A stretch of 62,663 nucleotides of DNA, taken from the NCBI GenBank assembly GCA_016192455.1, contig JACPUC010000004.1, forward strand, positions 1 through 62,663, in the 5' to 3' direction. Positions 8,537 through 18,235 of this stretch are shown here, piece after piece; position 1 is the stretch's first letter; every line of letters starts with the position of its first letter. Origin of the DNA: Candidatus Tectimicrobiota bacterium. Its GTDB lineage: Bacteria > JACPUC01. A model generated the notes under the pieces. That model was given only the letters and a program-made list of their open reading frames with translations, was not told where the DNA came from and searched no databases. The position numbers were made by a program, and so were the translations under genes.

Positions 8537-10057
8537 CTACATCTGCTCCACGCCGGAGCTCGCCGCCTTGCTGATGCCGCCTTGCGCGCCGAAGGTCTCG
8601 AAGGAGGTGATGACCGGCGGTTGATCCGGCAGACCGAGCCGGCTCCACTTTTCGGCCACCTGGGCGTACATCTCCTCGCGCAGCCGCGAGCGTCGGGCGA
8701 ACTCCTTCAGGTAGCGGTGCTCGATGCAGGCGTTCACCAGCGCCTTGGAACCGTAGGGGCGCTTCTCCGGCGGGTTCTGCGTCGGGTCGAGGTAGGTGGA
8801 CCAAGTCTGGCGCAGGATGTCGATATCCTGTTCCGGGTTGCAGCGCGTCGTCATGGCCCAGAGCACCTGGTTGATGTCGGTGGGATCGACGTCGTGGTCC
8901 ACCGCCACGATCCACTTCGTGTAGTAGGCGCCGCCGGGGCACTGCGCGGTGAGCGCCAGGGTCTGGGCGACATGGCCGGCGTAGCGCTGCTCCACCGAGA
9001 CCACGCACATGCCGAAGCCGCCGGCCGCCGCGGGCACCATGTAGACGCCGCGGATGCCCGGCACGCCCATGGCGTCGAGATCGTCCCAGACCTTCGCCGA
9101 GCGCGCCACGCTGAAGTAGAGGCTCTGCTCGCAGGCGGGAAAATCGGCCATCAGGGCGCAGGCGATGATGGGATCGTTGCGGTAGTAGATGCGCTCGATG
9201 TCGATCACCGGCGTCGGTCCGCCGGGGCGGCCGTAGTAGCCCTGGAACTCGCCGAAGGGGCCTTCCGGCAGGTACTTCTCGGGGTAGACGAAGCCCTCCA
9301 TGGCGATCTCCGCGTGCGCCGGAATGGGCAGCCCCGTCAGCTCCCCTTCGATCACCTCCACCGGCTTCCCCATGAGGCCGCCGGCGCAGTCGTATTCCGG
9401 CACGTTCTTCGGGAACCCCATGGAGCCGACGACCAGGAGGAGGGGGTCCATGCCGTGCACGACCGCCACCGGCATCGGCTCCCCCTTCGCCCAGTAACGG
9501 TCGCGGTGCAGCAGGGCGTCCTTGCCGGGGGAGATGTAGAGGCCGAGCTGGGTCTTGCTCTGCACCATCTGCCGGTAGGTGCCGACGTTGATGCGCCCGC
9601 TGTCCGGGTCGCGGGTGATGGTCATGTTGCCGGTGCCGAGGTAGCGTCCGCCGTCCAGCGGCCAGAGCTTCGGCGCCGGGAACATCGTCACGTCCACCTC
9701 CTTGCCGCGCAGGACGTGCGAGGTGATCGGGGCCTTCGCCTTGTCGACGGTCAGCGGCGGCAGGCGCTTCTTGTAGAGATCGCGCGCCCGGTTGATCATC
9801 TCGAGGAGGTGCAGGCCCGTCGGCATGCGCAGCGTGAGGGCGATGCGGTCCTGGCTGGCGGCGAGCATGTTGCTGACGACGCGGAATCCCTTCGGCGCCC
9901 CCTTCAGCTTCTCGAAGAGCAGGGCCGGGCTGTTGACGCGGCTGCCGACCATGTAGGTGATGGCCCCCAGCTCCTCCTCCCAGTCGATCTCCTCCTTGAT
10001 GCGCCTGAGTTGCCCTGCTGCTTCCACAACCTGCAGCCAGTCACGTAAATCCTTCAC
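8537..10057 (-). CDS. UbiD-family decarboxylase
   Basis: DGGRYLGT, NVGTYR, EGPFGEFQGYY, VLWAMTTRCNP; GTG start with GAGGAG RBS. Confidence 0.93.
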   Translation of the reverse strand: MKDLRDWLQVVEAAGQLRRIKEEIDWEEELGAITYMVGSRVNSPALLFEKLKGAPKGFRVVSNMLAASQDRIALTLRMPTGLHLLEMINRARDLYKKRLPPLTVDKAKAPITSHVLRGKEVDVTMFPAPKLWPLDGGRYLGTGNMTITRDPDSGRINVGTYRQMVQSKTQLGLYISPGKDALLHRDRYWAKGEPMPVAVVHGMDPLLLVVGSMGFPKNVPEYDCAGGLMGKPVEVIEGELTGLPIPAHAEIAMEGFVYPEKYLPEGPFGEFQGYYGRPGGPTPVIDIERIYYRNDPIIACALMADFPACEQSLYFSVARSAKVWDDLDAMGVPGIRGVYMVPAAAGGFGMCVVSVEQRYAGHVAQTLALTAQCPGGAYYTKWIVAVDHDVDPTDINQVLWAMTTRCNPEQDIDILRQTWSTYLDPTQNPPEKRPYGSKALVNACIEHRYLKEFARRSRLREEMYAQVAEKWSRLGLPDQPPVITSFETFGAQGGISKAASSGVEQM

Positions 10058-10076
10058 CGTCTCATCTCCTCGCATG

Positions 10077-10107
10077 CGTGGGGGTTCAAGTCCGACCTTC
10101 GGCACCA
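10077..10107 (+). other. tRNA(Leu)-like 3' fragment marking an att site (not a complete tRNA)
   Basis: CGTGGGGGTTCAAGTCCGACCTTCGGCACCA has a T-loop, acceptor-side sequence and CCA; no 5' half upstream; AT-rich DNA follows immediately. Confidence 0.65.
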
Positions 10108-10456
10108 GATAGTTCTTGTAAGTTATTGTAATTCAATGCGATATAAGAGTAAATGAGCGTGGTAGTTCGTGCCGAAGTGGGTGGGGTTTCGATTGGGCAG
10201 ACCACCCATCCTCCCAACGTTTGCCGCGCGAGCACGACCAATCCTTCCTGGGGTCAACATCAGCAAATCATGCAGTGAACAGGGCTGGTAGGCTACAGCC
10301 CTCCAAGGCCTCACAAGCCGCCGCTGGCCAGCCTCACCGGGACGGGATGCCCACCTGCCTGACCTCACAACTTTGCCCGGTCGCTCCTCAATTTAGGTAG
10401 AACTTAAAAGCGTCCCATCGACAGAATCATCCTCAATCGCAGACTGGCGAGGGATA

Positions 10457-10948
10457 TCAGCTGACTTTGGGATTGGCTACTTCCCCATAAACTCTTACAA
10501 GAGAGTCGATATATTTCGCAAAATCAGGATAATATTCCCTATGATAATTATGAACTTCAAGAAATTCAGGATACCCAAGGAGATCCTTCGCCCAGCGCTC
10601 AGTCCACGTGTACCCCAGTGGATCTGGAAGCCGCAGCTTCTTTAATGAATAAGAGAAGGCGAGATATTCGTACAGCGATAAGAGGCCTAGATATTTACGA
10701 ATAGCTGTTGGATTCTCTCTATATATCTGATATCTCTCTTCACTCATATAATCCTCTGGATAAAGATTGACTTGTTCGACCTCTGCGTCCGAAACCGGCT
10801 CATAAGTCTTCCAGTACATCTGGAAGCGGCTATCGAGTACCTGAGCTTTTAACAATCTGTTCTGAATTACCAATTGCCATGCTAATATCACCAGAGTGCC
10901 AGTCAAAACGACTGCTATCACTATCTGTATGTAGTCGGTTACAGGCAT
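10457..10948 (-). CDS. Hypothetical protein with N-terminal membrane anchor (island cargo)
   Basis: Open frame in low-GC DNA, hydrophobic IVIAVVLTGTLVILAW segment, GAGGGG RBS before ATG 10948. Confidence 0.7.
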   Translation of the reverse strand: MPVTDYIQIVIAVVLTGTLVILAWQLVIQNRLLKAQVLDSRFQMYWKTYEPVSDAEVEQVNLYPEDYMSEERYQIYRENPTAIRKYLGLLSLYEYLAFSYSLKKLRLPDPLGYTWTERWAKDLLGYPEFLEVHNYHREYYPDFAKYIDSLVRVYGEVANPKVS

Positions 10949-11067
10949 ATTACCCCTCGGCAGAAACGACAAAATTATGGACACCTTATTAAGATAAAAA
11001 CCAACTCTGAGCCATTCTCTCCGGAAAAAGAACCGCCCTTTGCGTTGAGGTGTTGGAGAAAAGAGAG

Positions 11068-11285
11068 TTACAACATCGCGTCGAGATGACCACGCGCAAC
11101 CCGATTGCGGATGGACTGGCCCGACGCCTCGAACTCGCGCGCCAGCTCATCCGGGCTGCGGCCGGCACGCACCAGCTCCACCATCTGACAGCGGAACTCG
11201 GGGGGATATGGTCGTCTGGTGTTGGGCATCGCGAACACCTCCTGCGCAAAGCATCGCGTGTCCACGAAACCGGGTCAACTCCCCA
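11068..11285 (-). mobile_element. IS3-family remnant (left IR plus truncated OrfA)
   Basis: IR-like GAGTTGACCCGGTTTCGTGGACAC, then MPNTRRPYPPEFRCQMVELVRAGRSPDELAREFEASGQSIRN (HTH), truncated. Confidence 0.85.
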
Positions 11286-11327
11286 AGCTCCATACAAAGA
11301 AGCCTCTGTGAAACGCAATTTTCTTGA

Positions 11328-12629
11328 TCAGAAGTCACTTTTCTTTGTACTAGGTCCGGATAACCCCCCAGGCGAAACTGAACCCTCTTTACTGGGTTTA
11401 TTATTTTTCTTCATAATGCGATCGGATAACCCTCCTGCTTTTACCCTTGACGTAGGCGACCAGCTTACCACCGTAACTTGCATATCATTCTTTGAAATTG
11501 GATGACGACCTTTCCAACGGTAAATGACCTTTGAACCGACAATATTAAGAGTCCTCGCTGTCGCAGTGATATCAATCACGAGTTGACCATCGTTAAATGC
11601 ACCGGTACTCTTATCAATATAAAAATCAAGCGTTTCCCGGGATTTACTCCGAGATCCAAGCGTTAGAGGTTCAGCCACAAATTGCGCAATCTGTGACCTT
11701 GCGCGAAAAGCGGTTTCCTCTTCTTCTATTAGAGAAGAACCAAGTCGTTCAGTTGCGGCAGAACTTACGACCTCAGCCTCACCTTTTTCATTCGTCCATA
11801 CGCGAACTCCCTGGAAAGCAGCAAGGGAATTGTCATCATTTTCCCGCATATCCTTAAGTTGTTCCGATACAGACTTGTAAGGAGTAGCAGGTGGCACACT
11901 GGATTGTGGATTCGCGAGACTCTCGGCAACAAGGGCCATCCGCGGTGACCATACTATACCAACAACTACGGTATAATGACCGTCAATGTTAGGTCCCTCG
12001 GCATTAAAAATTGGCGCCGCCCCAAGAATTAAGTGCCGTGCTTTTCCAGCAACATTCTCAGCAAATATCCTTCGCATCGCGACCACGCGCTTCTTTTTTT
12101 CTTCAAGCGACTTCCCGCTGCCATCCCAGTTTGGATCGAACTTCTTGATGAGGTCATCCAATTGCTTATGGCCAAGCAGATTGAGTTTGTCCATTAGAGA
12201 AAGGGTTTTAGCGTCCTTCTCAAGCACTGGAGGAACCTCCATTCCTTGTTTAATCAGATTAAGAGTTCGTTCCGAGGTTATTGCAATCCCAAGGTAAGAA
12301 GCTAGCTGACTCTTCGCATGCAGTAAGGCCGATTCAGACGCTACGGTGCGGCTCGGAACCCAGCCGGGTCCGAAAGGTTTCCCAACCCTCGCAATTCCTC
12401 TAGCTATAAAAAAAGGGAAATTGTTATATTCGTTTTCTCCTTCCTTCATGTCCTGACTTTCTAAATATTCCTCCCACCGCTTCTCCGGATCTGATGGAAC
12501 CACAACCGCAAGGTTGCGCGAACCCTTCTGCTGTAATGCAAAACCCGCCCCAGCCTTTTGCGCTAGTAAAGGACTGCTGAAGCCAAGTATTGCGAAAGCA
12601 AGGACCACAGCACTGGTTCGCTTCAACAT
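11328..12629 (-). CDS. Secreted hypothetical protein (DUF6844-like by recollection)
   Basis: Signal peptide MLKRTSAVVLAFAILGFSSPLLA; 433-aa low-GC ORF with GGAGG RBS; family label tentative. Confidence 0.7.
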   Translation of the reverse strand: MLKRTSAVVLAFAILGFSSPLLAQKAGAGFALQQKGSRNLAVVVPSDPEKRWEEYLESQDMKEGENEYNNFPFFIARGIARVGKPFGPGWVPSRTVASESALLHAKSQLASYLGIAITSERTLNLIKQGMEVPPVLEKDAKTLSLMDKLNLLGHKQLDDLIKKFDPNWDGSGKSLEEKKKRVVAMRRIFAENVAGKARHLILGAAPIFNAEGPNIDGHYTVVVGIVWSPRMALVAESLANPQSSVPPATPYKSVSEQLKDMRENDDNSLAAFQGVRVWTNEKGEAEVVSSAATERLGSSLIEEEETAFRARSQIAQFVAEPLTLGSRSKSRETLDFYIDKSTGAFNDGQLVIDITATARTLNIVGSKVIYRWKGRHPISKNDMQVTVVSWSPTSRVKAGGLSDRIMKKNNKPSKEGSVSPGGLSGPSTKKSDF

Positions 12630-12641
12630 GGTGCTTCCTCC

Positions 12642-13634
12642 TTACCGGTACAGAGGATTGTTCCAGTCACGTGGAAGGTCATCAAGGTTATCCAGCGTTT
12701 GCCCTGGACGGGACAATTTTTCAAAGACTCGCTTTACTCCCTTCTCTGCTGCTTCCCCTGCAAGCATGAACAAGCCAGAATCCACGTTAGCGTTGACAGA
12801 TATGTCATTTTCTTGATCAATTGTCTCGGCAACCAACACGTCTTCTAGCTCTTTCTTTGCCTCTATATACACTTGGACACCTATTTTTCTCTTAGACTGT
12901 GGAACCTTGATGCATATTCGGGTGAGCTGGCATGCGATCGCGGAAGCAGCCTGTTCTCCCGTATTGCTAACAATCTGATTAGTAGAACTGATCCATCTTG
13001 CCATCACAACAATATCGGCAACCGTACCATAAGGTCTTTGCGGACTTAGAACGAACTCCTTGCCTTGGGGGATAGATGTAAGGAGCCTATTTCGGAGGCG
13101 CTCATCTAATTGGCCTTCAGGCCCCCAAAACGCCCCCACACTTACTATACGCGGGATGCTCAATGTTTCAGGGTCAGGGACACAGACGTTCACCAATAGA
13201 GTCAATTGCAAGAAAGTATTACTATCATTTCCCTTAGGACTCGGCGCCTTGATTTCCTTGATTTCTTGATCGGTAATTGAATAAGAATCGATGAATCCAC
13301 GTGATTTCAGAACTAGAATTAGATGATACTTCTCATTTAGTCTCTCATTTTCCCGTGTGGTAGTAATCCCCATCCTCCGTCGAATTTCGACACCGATGAC
13401 TTGATCGACAGCTTCGATGAGAGCTTTTTGACGGATCTTTTCTCTTTTTTCCTGATAATCATCGATGGTGAAGAAATCACCCTCAGTCATTGTAATTGCT
13501 TTTATTTCTTTACACTTCTGGATTTGTTCTGCGTAGCTATTTAAGGAACCTACGAAAAGAGCAAGGTAACTGGAATACGCCGGTAAGAATAAGACTGAGA
13601 AGAATAGTGTGATGGAAAGTCTCCGCGACATCAC
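12642..13634 (-). CDS. Exported protein with FlgT/LPP20-like N-terminal domain
   Basis: Hydrophobic N-terminus; REKIRQKALIEAVDQVIGVEI...SRGFIDSYSITDQ pattern; 12 bp from the next gene. Confidence 0.65.
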   Translation of the reverse strand: MMSRRLSITLFFSVLFLPAYSSYLALFVGSLNSYAEQIQKCKEIKAITMTEGDFFTIDDYQEKREKIRQKALIEAVDQVIGVEIRRRMGITTTRENERLNEKYHLILVLKSRGFIDSYSITDQEIKEIKAPSPKGNDSNTFLQLTLLVNVCVPDPETLSIPRIVSVGAFWGPEGQLDERLRNRLLTSIPQGKEFVLSPQRPYGTVADIVVMARWISSTNQIVSNTGEQAASAIACQLTRICIKVPQSKRKIGVQVYIEAKKELEDVLVAETIDQENDISVNANVDSGLFMLAGEAAEKGVKRVFEKLSRPGQTLDNLDDLPRDWNNPLYR

Positions 13635-14212
13635 AATTCCCCTGAGCTGCTGAGATCTCTAGCCCTCTGTTTCCTGCTCAACATCAGCAATTTCTACTCT
13701 GGTAGTGTAATGCCTTACGTGACCCTTTCAGTGAAACTGCCTGTTCGTTTGCTTTCTACTTATCATGATCGCTCTCGACTGTCAAGCACTTTTTTATATT
13801 GCGTAACATTTTGAAATCTCACGACTTGCCGAATCCGCACCATCCACGTTAGCCTTCGCACCGCTTCATATCGCCGCCTGTTCGACTGACGAATGCCGCC
13901 TATCTCACCTCCCCCAACAGTCGATGAATGGATGCGATACCCTGCACAGCCTCAGCCGCCACAAACATGCCTCCCTCAACTATCCCGGAGAAAGCATCGG
14001 AGAGAATGGTCTAACACTTTGAAAAACAAGGCGCAACTACGCCACCCGAAGCCTCATCTCCGCCACCCAAACCCGTTCAAGTGGGGCACGTGTCATACCG
14101 GCGACGTTGCGGTGGGCGCCCTGAAGCCGGTGGAGGGCAAAGCTGGTCCCCAGGCAAGGGAGCGCGCCTCCGGCGGCGAGCGGCGGAGGCGCGGTGCTCT
14201 GCTTCGTCACGT

Positions 14213-14701
14213 TCAGGACGTCTGTCGCTCGCCGCCGCCCGCCGCACCGGCGGAGGCATCCTGGGCGGGGGAGCCGTCCCGCGCGGCGTCCTCGAGGTAC
14301 AGCTCGAAGAAGTCGCGCAGCCGCCGCGGGATCGGGATCGACGTCCCCTGCCGGTTGACCAGGCAGAGGAGGGTGGAGCCCTCGGCGGCCAGCACGCCGT
14401 CGGCGTCGCGGTAGCAGCGGTAGGCGAAGCCGACCGACTTCTCGCCGAGACGATAGACGCGCAGCTCCGTGGTGATCTCGTCATCGTACTTGAGCATGGA
14501 CTTGAACTCCGCGTTGGCGGCGATGCGCGGGAAGAACATCTCGTCCTTGTGGTAGAGATCGACCTTCGAGACGCCGTGGGCGCGGAAGAACTCGTTCTCG
14601 CAGTCATCGAAGTAGTGGAAGATGTTCGGGTAGCAGATGACCCCCACCCAATCGGTGTCGCGCCAGGCAACGCGGCGCTGCATGCGGAAAACCTCTGCCA
14701 T
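14213..14701 (-). CDS. Acyl-CoA thioesterase (4HBT/YbgC hotdog fold)
   Basis: RRVAWRDTDWVGVICYPNIFHYFD, LKYDDEI, IPIP. Confidence 0.9.
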   Translation of the reverse strand: MAEVFRMQRRVAWRDTDWVGVICYPNIFHYFDDCENEFFRAHGVSKVDLYHKDEMFFPRIAANAEFKSMLKYDDEITTELRVYRLGEKSVGFAYRCYRDADGVLAAEGSTLLCLVNRQGTSIPIPRRLRDFFELYLEDAARDGSPAQDASAGAAGGGERQTS

Positions 14702-14856
14702 CGTCGTTCCTTCTCTGTTCGTCGTTTGGCGGCCAAAGGAGCCGCGTTCACGTCGAGAGAACCTTGGAGCGCGGGCGTCGCGCCCGCACCCCCTCACCCG
14801 CCGGCGGCGCCGCGCCTGCGCGGGGCGTCCCGCACCGGCCTAGCGCGCCGCCCCCC

Positions 14857-15894
14857 TCACCTTTCCAGCAGCACCTGCGCCGGGTTCGTGGCGCGGTAGC
14901 GGCGTTTGTCGCCGGTGATCTCGAACGCCTTCGGCGCCGCCTCGAGGCCGTGGAGCTGGTGCGTGATCATCGGCCGCAGCTTCAGGCGCCCGGCGGCGAT
15001 GAGGTCCACGGTATGCCGCAGGAGCTTGGCGCCGGGGCGCGCCACCCAGCGCATGGTGAGGTTCTTGCGGCGCGGCACCATGAAGTCCAACTCCACCGGC
15101 CCGCCGGGGAAGGAGATGACCATCACTTGGCCGCCCGGCCGCGCCGCCTGAATGGCCTGCATGTAGGTGGCGTTGCCGGCCAGACCCATGTCCGTGAAGC
15201 CGGCGGCGCACTCGAACACCACATCGGCTCCCTTCCCTCCCGTGAGCTCGCGAATCTGCTCCACCGGGTCGGTCTCGCGGGCGTCGATGATCACGTCCGC
15301 GCCCAGCTCCTCGGCAAGCTGCAGCGATTCGGGGCGCACGTCCACGCCGATGCAGAGGCCGGCGCCGCTCTGCTTGGCGACCTGCAGGGTGGTCAACCCC
15401 ATGACGCCCTGGCCGAAGATCGCCACGGTGTCGCCCAGCCGCGGCCTCACCTCATCCACGGCCGCCACCGCCGTGGTCGCGGGCTGGAACGCCGCCCCCT
15501 CGCCGTTGCTCATGGCGGGGTGCAGCTTCACGAGCGACTCGGTGGAGACCGCGGCGTACTCCGCCAGGCAGCCTGGCGTGTGGATGCCGAGGATATGCCC
15601 CGCCGGGTGCCCGTAGGAGACGCGGTCGCCGACCTGGAACTCCTTGACGCCGTCGCCGCAGGCCGTCACCTCGCCGCAGAACTCATGCCCGAAGAGCTGC
15701 AGCGGCGCCTCGCGGGCGATCTTGTCGCGCAGGTAGAGATGGTTCGACGTGTCGTAGCCCTTGAACTGCAGCACCTCGGTGATGCTCGGCTGCACCGCGA
15801 GGACCTTGACAATCACCTGACCGGGCGCGGCCCGCGGCTCCTCCACCTCGTCCAGGCGCATGTCGTTGAAGGCATACACCCGCCAGGCTTTCAT
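14857..15894 (-). CDS. MDR-family (zinc-binding type) dehydrogenase
   Basis: GHEFCGEV..G..V..F.VGDRV, GQGVMG NAD site, GADVVFECA; first catalytic Cys and structural Zn cluster absent. Confidence 0.9.
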   Translation of the reverse strand: MKAWRVYAFNDMRLDEVEEPRAAPGQVIVKVLAVQPSITEVLQFKGYDTSNHLYLRDKIAREAPLQLFGHEFCGEVTACGDGVKEFQVGDRVSYGHPAGHILGIHTPGCLAEYAAVSTESLVKLHPAMSNGEGAAFQPATTAVAAVDEVRPRLGDTVAIFGQGVMGLTTLQVAKQSGAGLCIGVDVRPESLQLAEELGADVIIDARETDPVEQIRELTGGKGADVVFECAAGFTDMGLAGNATYMQAIQAARPGGQVMVISFPGGPVELDFMVPRRKNLTMRWVARPGAKLLRHTVDLIAAGRLKLRPMITHQLHGLEAAPKAFEITGDKRRYRATNPAQVLLER

Positions 15895-15929
15895 GGCAAA
15901 GCTCCCGCAAGCATTCGTCCACGCAGGGG

Positions 15930-16426
15930 TCAGGCGGAGGCGGCGCGCTCGGCGCGCGGCGCCGCGGCCAGACGCGGGAAGAGGCGCAGCGCCTTGCCGC
16001 CCATGAGCTTGGCGCGGTCGGCGACGCTGAAGCGGGCGCCGTCGACGATGCGGCGCGCCTTCATGAGCCAGTCGGGACGAATCGAGTAGTCGCTGCCGAA
16101 GCAGACTTGGTCGATCCCCAGGTTGGTGACGGCGTACTCGATGTGGCGCGGGTTCCAGACCGGCGGCGCGGTGTCGAAGTAGATGCGATCGAGGTCGCCC
16201 TCGATGTCCGCCAGGGGGAGCAGCCCGAGGCCGCGCACGCAGCGGTCCTTCAGCCCGAAGAACATGCCCCCCAGGTGGCCCATCCGGAACGAAGACCTCC
16301 TCCTCGCCCTTGCAGATGTGCCAGATGCGCCCATCATAAGGTGGCCTGGTAGCCGGCGGGGAGATAGCGCGCGCACTCGTCGAGCATGAGGCGCGGCATC
16401 CAGTGGTGGTGCACGTCGATGATCAT
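15930..16426 (-). pseudogene. Amidohydrolase_2 family gene with frameshift and large internal deletion
   Basis: MIIDVHHHWMP start at 16426, early TGA, then jumps to C-terminal GHLGG...IYFDTA...FGSDY...LMGGKALRLF. Confidence 0.8.
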
Positions 16427-16496
16427 CGTCGCGTCCAAGGCGGCTGGGACGGGTAAGCTGGATGGTCGGGAACCGGACATGCCGCCACCCGGGAGC

Positions 16497-17318
16497 TTAT
16501 CTCCAGCCCCCTCGCTTCGCCTCTCTGCGGCGCTCGTCTTCGGTGGGTCCCTCGCGTATCGCCCGTTCCACGTCGTACTTCAGGAGCTGCCAGAGCCTGG
16601 AGATCGTTCTGCCGAACTCCGGGTCGGCCATCATGGCGATGGTGCGCGGCCTCGGCAGGCGCACCGTCAGGACCTCCTTGACGCGCCCTGGACCGACGCT
16701 GAGGACGGCGATGCGGTCGCAGAGCATCACCGCCTCCTCGAGGCTGTGGGTGACGTAGATGACGGTTTTCCTCTGGCGCTCCCAGATTTCCAGCAGCTCC
16801 TCCTGCAGGAGCATGCGCTGCTGCGCGTCAATGTTGGCGAACGGCTCGTCCATGAGGAGAATTTCAGGATCGTGGGCCAGGGCTCGCGCGATGCTGGTCT
16901 TCTTCCGCATCCCTTCGCTGAGCTGGAACGGAAACGCATCATCGAAGTTCTTCATGCGCACGACGCGCAGGAAGTGGTCGGTGATGCGCCGGTAGATCGG
17001 CAGCGGTTTGCCCTTGATCTCGGGAGAGAAGCCGACGTTGCGCTCGACGACGCGCCAGGGCATCAGCGCGTGCTCCTGGAAGACCATGGCGGTGACGGCT
17101 TCACAGCGGCGCTCGCCGGTGAACTGGATGTCGCCGCTCGTCGGCTGATCCAACCCCGCCAGCAGGTGCAGCAGCGTCGTCTTGCCGCAGCCATTCGGGC
17201 CGATGATGCCGAAGAACTCGCCATCCTCGACGGTCAGGGTAACGCCGGCAAGCGCCGTGACATCCCCGCGCTGCCGCGACCAGAAGACCTTCGTGACGTC
17301 GCGCACCTCAGCCCGCAT
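16497..17318 (-). CDS. NitT/TauT-type ABC transporter ATP-binding protein
   Basis: GPNGCGKTT, VFQEHALMPW, LSEGM, LLMDEPF, VTHS. Confidence 0.92.
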   Translation of the reverse strand: MRAEVRDVTKVFWSRQRGDVTALAGVTLTVEDGEFFGIIGPNGCGKTTLLHLLAGLDQPTSGDIQFTGERRCEAVTAMVFQEHALMPWRVVERNVGFSPEIKGKPLPIYRRITDHFLRVVRMKNFDDAFPFQLSEGMRKKTSIARALAHDPEILLMDEPFANIDAQQRMLLQEELLEIWERQRKTVIYVTHSLEEAVMLCDRIAVLSVGPGRVKEVLTVRLPRPRTIAMMADPEFGRTISRLWQLLKYDVERAIREGPTEDERRREAKRGGWR

Positions 17319-17714
17319 GACTGACCTGTCCGCCCGCGAGCCCGGACGCGGCGCCCCGCCGCTGGAGGGTCCGGCGCCCACCGCTCATGGACATCGCGCG
17401 CCGCGAGGGGCGCGGCACCCGCACGTCATCGCGCCGTCGCGGCTCGGCTCTGATACGTGCGCCCCGTGCGGCCTCTCCCCCCGGCCGGCGGGGTCACAAC
17501 AACCCCAGGGGCCTGGGCGCTGCCGCGTCGCGTCAACGGGCAACCGGCGCGGAACGGCCCCGCTTGTTCCCTTCCACGCCCTCTGCTCCGTTGGATCGAA
17601 TTGGCGGAGAAATGCCGGCAGGAGCATAGCACACGCTCCACGCCGTGCAAAGGTGGAGGGCGCTCCACGTCGAACCCGGCCACCCGGCAACGATTCGCGG
17701 CGACGGCCCGCAGG

Positions 17715-18167
17715 TCAGGAAAGGGCGGGATCGAAGAGGACCTGGATGAGATGCCCGTCCGGGTCGGGAACGTAGAAGCTGTAGGCGCCGTCACGGTGGC
17801 GTACCGGATCGCCGCAGTTCGGGATGCCGGCGTTGCGCAGGCGCTCCAAGGCGCGGTCCACCTCCTCGGGGCTGTGGACGCGGAAGCCGAAGTGGTCGAG
17901 GCGGGGCAGGCAGTCCATGGCTGCCGGGGTCGGGACGGCAGCGGCGCCAGCGGCGGGGATCGGCGGAAGCTGCAGCAGGGCCAGATCATCCTGGCCGCAG
18001 GCGAGGAAGGCGATCTCCCCCTCCTCCCGCCAGCGCAGCTCCATCCCGAAAAGGCTCGTGTAGAAGGCGATGGAGCGCTCCAGGTCGCGCACCCGCAGGG
18101 CGAGGTGCCCCATGCGGTGGAAGGGAGAGGGGAGAGGCGTCGAAGACTCACCTTCAGCGTTATCCAT
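17715..18167 (-). CDS. VOC/glyoxalase family protein
   Basis: MGHLALRVRDLERSIAFY, LDHFGF, FYVPDPDGHLIQV. Confidence 0.9.
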   Translation of the reverse strand: MDNAEGESSTPLPSPFHRMGHLALRVRDLERSIAFYTSLFGMELRWREEGEIAFLACGQDDLALLQLPPIPAAGAAAVPTPAAMDCLPRLDHFGFRVHSPEEVDRALERLRNAGIPNCGDPVRHRDGAYSFYVPDPDGHLIQVLFDPALS

Positions 18168-18235
18168 AGGCTAGCGAAGGCCCTCTGAATTTACCAAGTC
18201 TCCCTTTCAATGTCTGAAGCGTGCCCCTTTGACAA

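Larger units (their letters stand above)
10084..14082. mobile_element. Integrase-less low-GC genomic island remnant
   Basis: Visible GC drop, tRNA-like left boundary, GTTCAAGT at 10084-10091 and 14075-14082, internal IS3 scar. Confidence 0.6.

Noticed and set aside
10077-10107. Complete tRNA gene
   Set aside because: Only a 3' fragment with an unpaired T-stem; the upstream sequence is the ubiD start.
13893-14414. 173-aa plus-strand ORF at the island edge
   Set aside because: Low-complexity, crosses the GC boundary and overlaps the thioesterase; no integrase motifs.
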